Position numbers and translations under genes: made by a program
Assembly: GCA_905178155.1 (NCBI GenBank)
Contig: CAJINV010000006.1
Span: forward strand, 1,551,876 to 1,615,875
DNA length: 64,000 nucleotides
Direction of reading: 5' to 3'
Source: Amoebophrya sp. A120
Lineage: Eukaryota > Protista > Dinoflagellata
Shown here: positions 1-12,254 of the stretch, piece by piece
How the letters are laid out: each line of letters starts with the position of its first letter
Position numbering within the stretch: position 1 is the first letter of the stretch
Notes under the pieces: generated by a model
Database searches by the model: none
What the model was told of the DNA's origin: nothing
What the model saw: the letters and a program-made list of their open reading frames with translations, nothing else

Positions 1-2
1 AG

Positions 3-221
3 TATGACAGTGCACAACTCACCCTCGTTCTCATTTCTCTTGCAAAACACCAAATCCACGCTTTCCCTCCTGTCACGATTATGCATGACAAGTTCTGGTA
101 GCCCAAGAAATAGCTGCATCCAGTTGTACAAACTTGTCATGCAAACCGGCACTCTTGTTGATGCTTGTATTGCCGTTCATGCTATACAAATGAGGGGGAG
201 GAGGAGTTGTGCACTGTCATA
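3..221. mobile_element. Introner family D
   Basis: TIR tatgacagtgcacaactc; left flank cut by window. Confidence 0.85.
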
Positions 222-3200
222 CCAAGGGGGATCGGTTCAACGTGATGGTTTGGTCGACGGATGTGTTTTTCTCCTCTTTCGAATTAGTTCGGGCGATATC
301 AACTGCAAACATGCCTGGGTCTGGACTGCTTGAACCTGTATTGCGTGTTTCGGATGCCATGAAAATCTGTATTGCATAAGCACCAAAAGCTCCACTTTTT
401 CCTTTTCGTCATGCAAAATCGCAGTTTGTACTCGTAATGCGTGCTGCGTATGAGGAAGCGACTGAAAATAAACTTGTCATGCTTCACTGCACTTAAAGGC
501 ACACTCAATCGTGACCATTCAGCATTACAAGTTTCCAGACCCGGACATATTTGCATTGGATAGGCGACCAAGGAAAATATTTTGAAAGCGAAGATCTGGC
601 TGAAGGAGCAGGCGGGCGCGGCGATGCTGGAGGGATCGGGAACACACTACCCTTTGTAAAAACGTCCCCACCCCATAGTCAAGTTGGTAAATCTGCAACA
701 CAAATCTCCAAGCTTTGGGAGTTTTGCATGACAAGTTTCCATCTGTAGCGTCGTTCTGTTTAGCAAGGGAAGCCGCATGAGAAAGCCAGCTTCTCATCCC
801 GTTTGCAGCATTACAAAGTTCAAAAGACGACCCCTGGATGTGCCTCTAATACAGATCCGCATCACAAGTGTTGCTCTCATTGCCGATTTGCATGACAACT
901 CTGGGGTCGTGGGGACGTTTTTTCTTGGGATACGCACCCGGAGTGGGCGCTGGCGAGCGCGCTGGCGTTGGGGACAAAAGGGATTGTCCCGAAGCCGCTG
1001 CTATCAAATGCAAAAATGTCTGGGTCTGGTTCTGGAAGATTGCAGGAGTTTGTCATGCATGTTTTGGATCACGCAACTGGTCTCTAATGCACGCAAAAGC
1101 TTTACAGGTTTTGCGCAGGCCTCCTGATGTCTCTCCCGCATGAGAAATTCCCTGTTTGCGTAGCAAGAAATGGAAAGCTTTTGGTGCTTATGCAATGCAA
1201 GTTTTTGCCTATTCCAGAATTCGCATGACAAGTTCCAACTCTTCCATACCCAGACATTTTTGCATTTGATACCTGCGGGACGTGTATTTCAATCCAGAGC
1301 ACAGCACGGTCGTGAAAGATGGTATTAATGGGACAGCCGTCGACCAACTGTGGGGGAGTATGATCACGGAGTTGGATCAGCAGGGAGACTGGGCCGCGAT
1401 TCCGATCAGCTGGGTGAACAGCTCGCCGCGGAAGGTCCCGTGGGGCGAGAGCAAAACCACGGTTGAGGAAAGGTTAAATAGGATCTCGGAAGAGTTTTTG
1501 AAAAAAGAATCCCGGGAGCGCTTCGCCGGGAATGCAGATCTGGAAAACGCCGAGTGCGTTTTGTGGTCCGACTTCTGCTATGGATTGCAAAAGTATCGTA
1601 CTCGTAAATGCAATACAAATTTCCTCAGCATGAGAAATAAGATCTGTCATGCAGATTTACATTGAGAAAAAAATTTGTAATGCAGGACTGCAATTACTAC
1701 GAGTGCGATACTTTTGCAGAGCATATCTGCGAAACGACAGTGTTGTTCATCACCGACGCGGATAACTACAAGAGCCAAATGTGCCTCGAAAACAAGGACG
1801 AACAGGGTAACTGCCCAAGCGGCAAAGTTACGGTCTCGCCGGAGAGTTTTCGCGGGGAGGACGGGAGTTCGGCTGGGCAGATGTTGCAGGATTTCGGGAA
1901 GTTGTTTAAAAAGGACTGGGGCGTGCTGCTTCAAGCTTTTGTGATGATTGACGAAGACACTTACGACATGGCGCAGGACGGGTCTGGCGCTTACCCGAAA
2001 GCCTGGGAGCCGACGCTGGACATGGCAAAACAGCACGGGACGGGGGAGATTACGCCCTTATTCCTGGGTCAGCCGCAGCAGATCACGCGGGAAATTAGTC
2101 GGTATTGGAACAGCAAGTCGTTGCAGGACGACTACAGTTCCTGGAACCAGGTGATCTGGCACATATGGATTGCAAAAATGTCTGGGTCTGAAAGATTCTA
2201 TACGTTTGTCATGCATGTCTGACATGACTCGAGAATCTGTGATGCATGGGCACGAAAGGCTCTCCTATCTATCATGTAAAAACGTTGTTTCTCATGCGGA
2301 ATACGCAACACATAGCAGCTCACAAATTTGTCATGCCTGGCTGCGTATTGCAGTCCGGCTATTATCCACTTTTAGCATGACAAGTTTCCAGACCCAGACA
2401 CTTTTGCACTTGATAGCACAAGTTCAGCGACAAAAAGTTTCTCTGGGATGGGGACTATAACAAGACAGGAGTTGGTCTGGACGGTGATAGTACATCTTCA
2501 ACACCAACATCAACAACAAATGACTTCCGCGGCATCGACCGGTTAGTTGCCTGCATGGCGTTGATGCCATCTCACGCGAATCTCGGAGCCGAGGGGGACG
2601 AGGCGAGTGGGCATTTAGAATACTTGAAATCCTTCGAAGTCACCGACTCGACTTATTTCTCGTTTTTGAAAAGCCGGATTGGGGTTCTCTGTATCGACGC
2701 CAACGTTGTATTAGGCGCGTTTCACAGTTTCCGGTCCTTTGTGGATCTGCGCTGTAACACGAAATTGACGGGAATCCTGGGAGAGGAAATTCAGAAGAAA
2801 AACAACGCAAATCGGGTCGGGGAAGAGAGTTGTCCATTACTGAAACACCGGGAGGAACGGTGCGCGGCGTTGGAACCCGGGAATGGACTGTATCATCATT
2901 ACTTCATGCAGAAGTACACCCAAGCTGGAGATGACGTTTCCAACCCGACGGGCGCTCCGTGGATCGCGAATGCGTTGGAAAAGGAGGACCGATATCGCGC
3001 GGAGAAATCCCCCCTCACCATATTGACAAGCTACGTTTTCGAAAGTTTGTGTTGCTGATTTGTGACCGCAAATCGTCTCTGTGTTGCATGAAGGCAACTC
3101 CACAGACTCCGCCGCATTCTACAGGTGGTTTGTCATGTTGTTGCTCCTACAGCGTAGACGTCTGCCATGCTAAGCGCCTAGGCCAAAGCCTGTCTACTCA

Positions 3201-6200
3201 GGCTTGCTATGGGCCTGCAGTCCTCGCCAGCAAGACAAATCTGATCCGTGTACGCAAATCCAGCATCAGAAGCTTCGTTTTGATATGGGGAGGGGGGCTT
3301 TTCATTCTGATAGTCGACCGGTCTTGTTCCCGCAGTACGACTTAACGAACGGTCTGGATTCTGACTTCTGGAATAACGATAACGGCAACGGTCCCGATCT
3401 AACCGCGATCGGCGGCGATGAGGATCTCTTCGGCGGGCCCTGTCCAGTCATTCCTGTCAACAAATTCGCGGCCCCGGAAGCGACTGCAGCCCCATATGCA
3501 ATTCAAATATGTCTGGGTCCTCTGGAAGAATGCAACTTGTGATGCTGCGTTTGGCTTCCTAAAAAATCTGTATTGCGTGAGCAGCAAAGGGAGTGTAATT
3601 TTTGCTACGCGGAGAGGGCCGCGTTTCTCATGCTGTAGAGGCGTTACAAAGTCCTTAAAAAATCTGTGATACTAGAAGGGCATGCATCACAGGCATCATG
3701 GCTCACGCAATACGTGCATGACAAGTCTCAGAACCTTCCAGACCCAGACATATTTGCAATGGATACGGGAGATGACACCGAAAAGGAAAGCACCCCCGTG
3801 ACGGAAAAGCCGGAGGGGGAGGCCGATAACGCAGAGGAGGAAGCTGGAGAAGAACAATTCCCCTTCTGGATGCTTGCGCTGGCGGTTTTGCTTCTCTTGT
3901 TAGTCGCGGCAACTGTAGCGTATTGCCTCATGAAGTCTCCCGAGCCGGAAGCCGCAACGGCGGAAGATATGGAATGCAAATATGTCTGGGTCTGGAAGAT
4001 TGCCAGGTTTGTCATGCATATTCTGCATGACCCATGAAGCCTGTAATGCATGACTTAGCATCACAGCTCTTTTGAGGGCTTTCTGATGCCTATTCTGCAT
4101 GAGAAATGCCTTCTCCGCGTAGCACAAACTGGAGTCCTCTTGCTGGTCATGCAATACAAATTTTTTCAGAATCCAGAAACAGCATCACAAGTTTAGAACC
4201 TTCCAGACCCAGACATTTTTGCATTTGATAGAAGAAGTGGCACAGCAAATTGCCATCGAGGAGCCGCAGGGGCGAGAGCAAGTTAGTCGCAAAGCAGGCG
4301 TCGATTCCGGCCACACGATGCTAGGAATAGCGCTAGTCCAACCCATACACAAAACACCCGGAGCGCCAGTAGAGCACGCGGACGTGGTCGCAGGACGACA
4401 AGCAGTGGCGAAGAAGACGAAGAAGAAAGAAAAGAAGAAAAAACCCTCAGTAGTTGAGGAGACAATCACCACCACTGGCGAAGTTGAAGAACCAGATCTG
4501 GGCGAGGCAGAAGATGCGACGGTGGATCAGGTTGCCGGGCTGAGAAAGGCGAAGGCGAAAGGGATGAAAACAAAACCGAAGGCGAAACCCAAGCCGAAGG
4601 CAACTACGAAAAAGCAAGCGCAGAAGCGAATTTTGGAGGAGAATCCTGAGGTTGAAAGGATCGCGAGAATATCCTGTGCAAAAGTATCGTACTCGTAGTA
4701 ATTGCGATCATGCATTACAAATCTTTTTCTTAAGGTACACCCGCATTACAAATTTTGTTTCTCATGCTGAAAAAATTTGGGTTGGAAGCGGAATCACGTT
4801 TTCAAGTTGGAATCACGTTTGTGGAATCACGTTTAGAGCGGAATCAAGTTGATGGAATCAGCCTAGCTAGGGCTTAGGGTCTAGGGTTTGGGGTTTCTGG
4901 TCGTCGGCCAGGGCAGCCGCCGCCGGCCGGCCGGCGGCGGCTGCCCTGGCCGGCGACTCTCCCTTCTCGTTCTTCGAGGGTGGCGGCCCCGCACCCTTCC
5001 CGCCTTCGTGGTTGTTCTGTCGCTTCCCTGGGGTCCTCCTGGCTCCCGCTGGCCAGCTCCTTGCCCGGCGGGGCGCGTCATTGATCTCGGCGGACCGCTG
5101 GGCCCGCCCGGCGTTCGTTTAAGTATGTTGTGGGCATTTCGGCGTCTAAGTTGTTTCACTCAACTCGATTCGACAAACGCGACTCCGTCGCAAACGTGAT
5201 TCCGTTAACGTGACTCCATGAGTAAATGTGATTCCAAAAATGTCAAAACGTGATACCGCCGCCTTCCAAAAATTTGTCATGCATTTATACGAGTATGATA
5301 CTTTTGCAATGCATAGAGAATGATTGTCGACCACTTCTGCCCGCACTTGGATATGAAATACGCCAGGAAACTTGCGGCTGCAGTGCTTGACCCTCCGGAG
5401 GAGGAGGATGTGAAGAAAAAACAAGAAAAGAAAAAAGCGAAAAAAGGCGCAGCAGCAGCAGCAGGAGCCGCCAACAAGAAGCCCCCGCCGGCTCACATCC
5501 TCCCGGTGCCCAAGGACGAGAAAGATAAAAAAGCGCTCATGGAGGGGAAGGAAAATGGGTGGCCGGATTACCATATCAACTGCAAATATGTAGTCTGGAT
5601 CTGGAAAGAACTTGTGATGCTTGGCTGGGAATACTGAATGCTCTGTAATGCACAGCCTTGTATGATGAGAGAGGTCTGCGCTGCTTAGTGTAGCGTTTTC
5701 CGCATGACAAACTACGTTTTTGCATGACAGGCAAGCGGCAGTCTTCCTGCACATGCATCACAGATTTAAGAGTCATGCTAGACAAGCATGACAAACGTGC
5801 ATTCTCCCAGACCCAGACACATTTGCGTTCCATATACCACAAAAAGGAGTTCAACGTCCCGAGGCTCCGGGAGCTACTCGGCTTGAGCCCGCAGCAAATC
5901 GAGGCTTTTCAGCAATTTCACGCCATGAAAATGCAGGAACACCACCGGGAAGTCGCCGGGGCTCCTGAGGTGGATTTGAAAGCGCGTCGCAATCAGCCGG
6001 CCGAAACAATGGACCTAAATTTGGCGGCGGGTGTGATTGACAAAGTAGAACACGGCTTGGAGAAGAAAAGAGCCAAGGCGAAGGCCAAGGCGCTAGCGAA
6101 GGACAAGAAGAAACTGAAAGCGGAAAAGGCAAAAAAGAAAAAAGACCACGACGGATCAGACGTGGAAGAAGCTTTCGTGACCATCGGCGCTGCCGCGGCG

Positions 6201-9200
6201 AAAAAGTCGGCAAAAAGGAAAGAGGAGAAAAAGAAGCAGCAAAAGGCGATCAAAGCGGCGAAACTCGGGAAAAAGCACAAAAAAGCGGAGATGACGAAGG
6301 AAATGTTCAAGTTGCGGCAAGTCAGGAAGCAGAAGAAAGAGAACCAGAAATTAGTGGAGGTCCGGGTTTTAACCCAAGTGCAGCAGGAGAAGCCCGAGAA
6401 GAACGAAACTTACAAGATGCTGGTGGAGGAGGGGTTTTCCAAAAAAGCGGCTTTGTCTCTCTCCAAACGACTCTCCGATACGGACAATGCGGACCTGGAT
6501 AAAAAATTGAAACTGAAACTCGACCCGGTCGACATGAAGGCGCTGGATAACATGGGGGGTTTCGAAACCGTCGCGCAATTTCAGGGGTATTTAGCCGCGA
6601 AAAAGAAGGCGAAGGAGAAAAAGTTGGAGAAGAAAAAAGAGGATAAGCGCCTGGAGGAGAAATTGCGCGCGCAGGGGAAAGATGAGTTCACGATCAAAAA
6701 GATCAAACAAGAGGTGAAAAAGAAGGAAAAGGAGAAGGAATTGAAAAAGGATATGAAAGTGCAAAACTCGTCCCCCTCGGTCTCATTTCTCATGCAGAAT
6801 ACCAAATCCACGCTTTCACTCCTGTCGCTATCATGCATGACAAGTGATTCTTTTGGTAGCCCACGTAGCACTACCAGCCTGTGGAGTTTTGTCATGCAAA
6901 AACTGCATTCCTGCTGACGCTTGTATTGCTTCCCATGCAATACAAATGAGGGTGAGGGGGAGTTGTGCAGTTTCATAAAGGAGCAAGTCGCAGCCGAGAA
7001 AGTGGATGAGGAAAAATACATTGCGGTTTTGGAAAAATTATGCACTGCAAAAATCGTGCTGGGTCTGGAAGGTTGGAGCTTGTGATGCTGTCTTCGGATT
7101 CTAAAGAAATCTGTATTGCATGACCAGCAAGAGGAGTCTAGTTTGTGCTACGCGGAGAGGGCATTTCTCATGCGGAATAGGCATCAGGAAGCCTGCTAAA
7201 AATCTGTGATGCTAGGTCATGCATTACAACAGACATCATGGGTCATGCAAAATATGCATGACAAACCTGGCAAAGTTCCAGACCCAGACATATTTGCATT
7301 TGATAAAAATCCGGGTTCAAGCACTCCGAGGCGAAAAAGCTCGCGAAACAATTGAAAGAACCAACACCAGCCGCGGATAAAATTGGCCACGAACATGAGG
7401 AGAAAATCGACATTTCTGAGCAAGTCGAAAAAGCTTTACGCGGTTCCGGGAAAGCGGATCAAGACTTGATCAAGAAAGTGAAGGAGAAGGTAAAGAAAAA
7501 GGAGAAGGAAAAGGAGAAAGAACTGCTAAAAGAGGTCGTGGAAGAGTTCCATGATGATCAAAAATGCGATATCATAAGTAAAAACGTCCCCACCCCATAG
7601 TCAAGTTGGGAACTTAGCAACACAAACCCAGAAGCTTTGGGAGCAGCGCATGACTAATTCCAGTCCGTAGTGTAGTACAGTTTAGCAAGTGCAGCCGCAT
7701 CACAAATCCATCTGCTCATCCCGTTTACAGCATTACAAATTCCAAAACGCGATTGGAAATTCCGTGTCTCAACATGGAGATGCGCATTACAAATCGTCCT
7801 GTAATCGTGAATCTGCATGACAACTATGGGTCGGGGACGTTTTTACACTGGATATGCGAAAAGATGTTCCTCGAAGCCGGTTTCAGCAAGCACGACGCGC
7901 ACAAGGCGGCGAAACAGTATCGCGAGAAAAAAATGTACACAGTTACACATTGTCTTGCAGGCCAAGCAAGACAGACAAGCTCTGTCATGCCCGATGTGCA
8001 TAAGAGCCTCGTTTCATAGGTGTTTTCCCTTAGGATTTCTGCATTACAGGTTTTCTCTCTCATGCAGGGACATTTGTGTTGCTGAATTGCCTACAAATGT
8101 GTAACTGTAACACTTTTTTCTCAGGATAAACAGATGAAAGAAGCCAGTAGCCACATCCCCGGGGTAGAGGGGAAAGACCACGTATGAATTGCAAAAGTAC
8201 CGTACTCGTATAAAAAATGCATTACAAATCGTCTCAGCATGAGAAATGAAATTTGTGATGCTGTTCTACCTTTAGGAAGAAGATTTGCTATGTATGGTAG
8301 CAATTAGTACGAGTATCGGATACTTTTGCAGAGCATACCACGGCGCCAAACTCGATCTGTCCGACCAGTTTGAGGAGGTTTTGAAGGCAACGAAAGATCT
8401 GGATGCCGGCTTTGTTGCGAAAGTGAAAAAAGAAATCAAGAAACACGTGGAAGAGAAGGAGCAGAAATTGCGGAAAGAAATTGTCGCTGACTTCAAAAAC
8501 GAAGAGAAATGTGAAACGCTTCTCGTCGAAGCAGGTTTTTCAAAACACGACGCGTATAAGCAGGCAAAACACGTGAAGGAAGAAGTTTCTAGCCATTTGA
8601 ACACAGCTTCTGGGGCGGCTGCGGGGGCATCAAAGGCGTTTGAAAAACCCGATTTGTCCGAAAAAATCTTAACCACCGACTATGACCTGCTCAAACGTTA
8701 CAATCTCAAACGTTACAATAGAGTCTGAGATTTGTCTTGCATGATTAACATGACAGACTCGGACAGCGTTCCAATTTTTGCAATACAATTTTCGCCAGAT
8801 TGTAGTGCGGATTGGGACTCCAGAACTTGTCATGCGCAATCCTGTGGGAGTAGGGTAGATCATGCACTTCTTGCAACACAAATTCCAGATTCCATTGTAG
8901 CGTTTGAGATTGTAACACCTGAGCGGGTTATACCGACCAAGACGTGGGGCACATGACCACCTGGCAGAAGAAAATCAAAAAGGAAGACGCGGTGGACGGA
9001 AAGTCGATGAAAATGTTGGAAAATTTGATGAAACTAGACGTGGAGATATGCATTCCAAATATGTCTGCGTCTGGAAAATTGGGACTTGTGATGCTAGCTT
9101 TGGACTCTAAAAAAATTTGTATTGCATGACCAGCAACAGGAGTCCAGTTTGTGCTACGCGGGGATGGCATTTGTCATGCGGAATAGAAGGCATTGGGAAG

Positions 9201-12200
9201 CCCTGTAAAAATCTGTGATGCTAGGGCATGCATTACAGACATCCTTGGTCATGCCGAATATGCATGACAAACGTGGCGATCTTCCAGACCCAGACATATT
9301 TGCAGTTGATAGGAGACTGTCGACGACGATATTACCCCGGACCTCGGCAAGGCGGAGAAGGCCTCTGTTGACAAGGGCTTTTCCCTCCAGCAGGTGCGGA
9401 ACTTTGTGGAAAAGCAAGTGAAGGAGAAGGAAAAGGAAGAGAAGAAGCTCACCACCTTAGCCTGCGACATGGGCATATGGCGCTCTCAAACGTTACATTC
9501 TCAACTGTTACACGAATTTGTGATGCAAAAACGCCACCAGTGTCTACATTATCAAGCTGCTTCGCATGACAAGTTCTTGACCCGCTAGATAGCATTAGAT
9601 AGAATCTGCGCCAAACCTGTAATGCAAAACACGCAAGTTCCCTCCTTTCACTTTTGCCATTCTCGCATCACAGATTCATGTAACAGTTGAGAATGTAACA
9701 GTTGAGAGCGCCATAGGGCATGGCGGAATCGGCTTTGCTCACTGCGGGCTTCACGAAGCAGGCGGCGCGGTATGACAGTGCACAACCCCCCCTCCTCCTC
9801 ATTTGTCATGCAAAATACCCATTCCACCCCTTGCCTCTTGGCACCGCTTGCATGACAAGTTCTGGTAGCCCAAATAGCATTGCACTCCAGTGTAAACTTG
9901 TCATGCAAAACGGGCACTCTTGCTGATGCTTGTATTGCCGTTCATGCTGTGCAAATGAGGGGGAGGGGGAGTTGTGCACTGTCATACGCGGTCTATTGCG
10001 AAAAAAGTCGGGGACGGAGATACTGAAGCGAATGCGCAATTGTTCACGGAGCACGAAGTATCCGCAGATGACAAGGAAATTTTGGAAAAGCTCGGGCTCT
10101 CCGCGGAGACAGAAACGGCTTCTGTCGGTCAAGTCCGCGCGTTTATCGCGCAAAAGGTGGAGAGGAAGGAAAAGAAACAGAAGGACCGGGACACTTTCAT
10201 CGCCAGTGCGAATACAGGAAATGCACTATCCTATGTGAAAACACCCCCACCACATGGTTGCGTTGCAAATCTGCATGCTGAAAGCGTTTTTTATGCGGAG
10301 CCCGCCCATGACGAGAAGCATTTTCTAGTCGTGTTTCGGAATTTGTGATGCTCCAATCGCCACGGTGTGCTAGATCCGTGATGCTGCTCAACTAGCTAAA
10401 CACGAGCACACTACGAGGCAGACCTGTCATGCGCAACGACCAAAGCTGGTTGATTTGTCGAGCAGATTTCCCATCTACTTGACTCTGGGGTGGGGATGTT
10501 TTTACACTGGATATGCCCCTTTGACGGAAATTTTAACGAAAGACGAAGAAATTCTAGACGCCGCTGAAGCGGAAACGGCGTTGGTGATGTCCGGCTTCTC
10601 GCCCGCCGTTGCAAAAAAGATGGCCCACATCACGGCCAAACAGGACGAGGCGATTAAAAATCAGAAGGAGGACATCGCGGAGCTAGTATGCATTGCAAAA
10701 GTAACGTACTAGCATAAATTGCATTACAAATTTTGGCAAGAAGAAAAGTGGAATTTGTAATGCTGTTTTACCTTAGGAGAGAGATTTGTCATGCATATTT
10801 GCAATTAGTACGAGTGCGATACTTTTGCACAGCATAGCTAGCGGGCAAGGACGACGTTTTTCTCGCCGGCGGCGAGGCGGTGGACGTGAAACTGATGTGT
10901 AACGAGATCCAGGAAACGTTTATAAACATGGATGACGAAGATAAAGAGCTGGATGACGACGACCGAGAAGAGTTCGGTCTCGCTACCGAGAAGGACTTCC
11001 GGCTAATGGAAGCATTCGGCCTAGATGACGAAGCGGACAAAGCAGAAACGGCTGTGGCCATGCTCGGATTTGTGAAGAAAGCGGTCGCGGCGAAAAAGCA
11101 CAAAGTTGATTTGGACCTGTCCGAAGCGACGGTGGATCAGAAAACCTCTTTAGGGCAGCAGGAGATCAGCACAGGACTGCAGGTATGCGTTGCAAATATG
11201 TCTGGGTCTGGAAACATGTAAACTTGTGATGCTAAATCTGGAACGTGGAAAAATTTGTGTTGCAGGATTACCAAAAGTTGTCCACGTTTGACAACAATAG
11301 GAAGTAGCAGTTTCTCATGCAGGAGTTGCATGAGAGAGATGCCGCAGAATCTGTCATGCTAGGTCCTGTATGACAAAGCTCGTGGGTCATGGAAAACCCG
11401 CATAACAGATCTTGCTATCTTCCAGCCCCAGACATGTTTGCACTTCATAGCAGGACAAGGGGATAACCAAACCGATCGCGGATGAGCTTGCGAAGATCAT
11501 GGATGAGGCGACGGCCGCGCACAAAGAGCAAGCGGGTGGGCCTGGGGGTGATGACGACGACGATGATTTATTTGCCGCCCCGGCTAGTATGCCTGACATG
11601 AGCGAAAAATTGGACGAAATCCTGGAGAAAAATAAGGGAAAATTGCAAGCAAAAGAAGAAGAGGAACTGATGGACATTAAAGCGAACTTCGACTTTGCCG
11701 TTATCTCCGACCCGGACGATCCGGAATTTGGCCTCGAAATGCTGGTCGCGATCGAGGATTTTATCAACGACTTGAAAAAAGAACTCCACGCGAAACAAGC
11801 CAAGGAACGGGCTTCGGAAATTCAGAAAAATCAGAAGGCGATCGAAAAGGATTTTGAAGAGGAAGAGGAGAAAATCATGAAGGCAGTCGAAGCCGATATG
11901 GAAAATAAACGAGGGTCTGTCCTCCAAGGTGGAGGATTCCAGCAGAAGAAACCGAAACCGAAGCCGGGCTTTTTCGCCATGCTCTGTCCGTGCATTTGCG
12001 GGGGCGGTGGGGCAGCAGATGAGGACGAAGACGACTCCGCGGAGGGTTTGTTAGCCGGAACCAGTGGCGGGGTCGCAATCTCCATGTCCGAGAGCTCCTC
12101 TGACGATGACGACGATGATGATGAAACGACGACCGAGGCCGAAACCACAGGGGCGGAAGCTACCACTGGCGCCGAGGAGAGTGACGAATCATCGTCGAGC

Positions 12201-12254
12201 GAGGGGTCGACCGAAGGGGAGGAGACGGAGGTAGAGCAGCACCCGGGTGGATAA
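222..12254 (+). CDS. Gene 1 (5'-partial, 23 introners): vWA domain + Cache-like segment + single TM helix + long K/E-rich tail
   Basis: Removing each element+5 nt gives KGDRFNVMVWSTD..ELVRATKENILKAKIWLKE..GSGTHPEWALASAL..TVLFITDA (vWA-like), VIWH..RLVACMAL..RIGVLCIDANV (Cache-like), FWMLALAVLLLLLVAATVAYCLM (TM), then a charged tail to TAA at 12252-12254. Frame checked codon by codon in the 5' third; the tail follows the ORF track. Confidence 0.8.
297..562. mobile_element. Introner family A
   Basis: TIR type tatcaaatgcaaa.atgtctgggtctgga; flanks ggcga/ggcga. Confidence 0.9.
648..932. mobile_element. Introner family C
   Basis: TIR type tatcctgagtaaaaacgtccccac; flanks cacac/cgcac. Confidence 0.85.
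1002..1271. mobile_element. Introner family A
   Basis: flanks gctgc/cctgc. Confidence 0.9.
1579..1725. mobile_element. Introner family B
   Basis: TIR type tat....tgcaaaagtatcgtactcgta; flanks tctgc/tctgc. Confidence 0.9.
2164..2415. mobile_element. Introner family A
   Basis: flanks gcaca/gcaca. Confidence 0.9.
2993..3312. mobile_element. Introner family I
   Basis: TIR type tatc....gaaaaatcccccctccccatatc; flanks accga/gtcga. Confidence 0.85.
3495..3765. mobile_element. Introner family A
   Basis: flanks cccca/cggga (diverged; frame still restored). Confidence 0.85.
3968..4230. mobile_element. Introner family A
   Basis: flanks gaaga/gaaga. Confidence 0.9.
4670..5315. mobile_element. Introner family B hosting MULE-like MITE
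   Basis: flanks gagaa/gagaa. Confidence 0.9.
4780..5267. mobile_element. MULE/Mutator-like MITE nested in an introner
   Basis: 9-bp TSD aaaaatttg (4771-4779, 5268-5276); imperfect G-initiated TIRs ggttggaagcggaatcacgtttt / rc ggaaggcggcggtatcacgtttt; subterminal ggaatcacg repeats. Confidence 0.7.
5574..5834. mobile_element. Introner family A
   Basis: flanks tacca/tacca. Confidence 0.9.
6752..6977. mobile_element. Introner family D
   Basis: flanks aagga/aagga. Confidence 0.9.
7039..7305. mobile_element. Introner family A
   Basis: flanks aaaat/aaaat. Confidence 0.9.
7570..7854. mobile_element. Introner family C
   Basis: flanks tgcga/tgcga. Confidence 0.9.
7918..8128. mobile_element. Introner family F
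   Basis: TIR type tatc...gaaaaaaactgt; flanks aacag/aacag. Confidence 0.9.
8183..8337. mobile_element. Introner family B
   Basis: flanks ccacg/ccacg. Confidence 0.9.
8681..8932. mobile_element. Introner family G
   Basis: TIR tatgacctgctcaaacgttacaatc; flanks ccgac/ccgac. Confidence 0.9.
9047..9311. mobile_element. Introner family A
   Basis: flanks ggaga/ggaga. Confidence 0.9.
9476..9715. mobile_element. Introner family E
   Basis: TIR tatggcgctctcaaacgttacattctcaac; flanks gggca/gggca. Confidence 0.9.
9771..9986. mobile_element. Introner family D
   Basis: flanks cgcgg/cgcgg. Confidence 0.9.
10227..10513. mobile_element. Introner family C
   Basis: flanks tgcac/tgccc. Confidence 0.9.
10687..10836. 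mobile_element. Introner family B
   Basis: flanks gctag/gctag. Confidence 0.9.
11184..11449. mobile_element. Introner family A
   Basis: flanks gcagg/gcagg. Confidence 0.9.

Noticed and set aside
4864-4896. Telomere
   Set aside because: Only about 3 degenerate units, internal to a TSD-flanked element.
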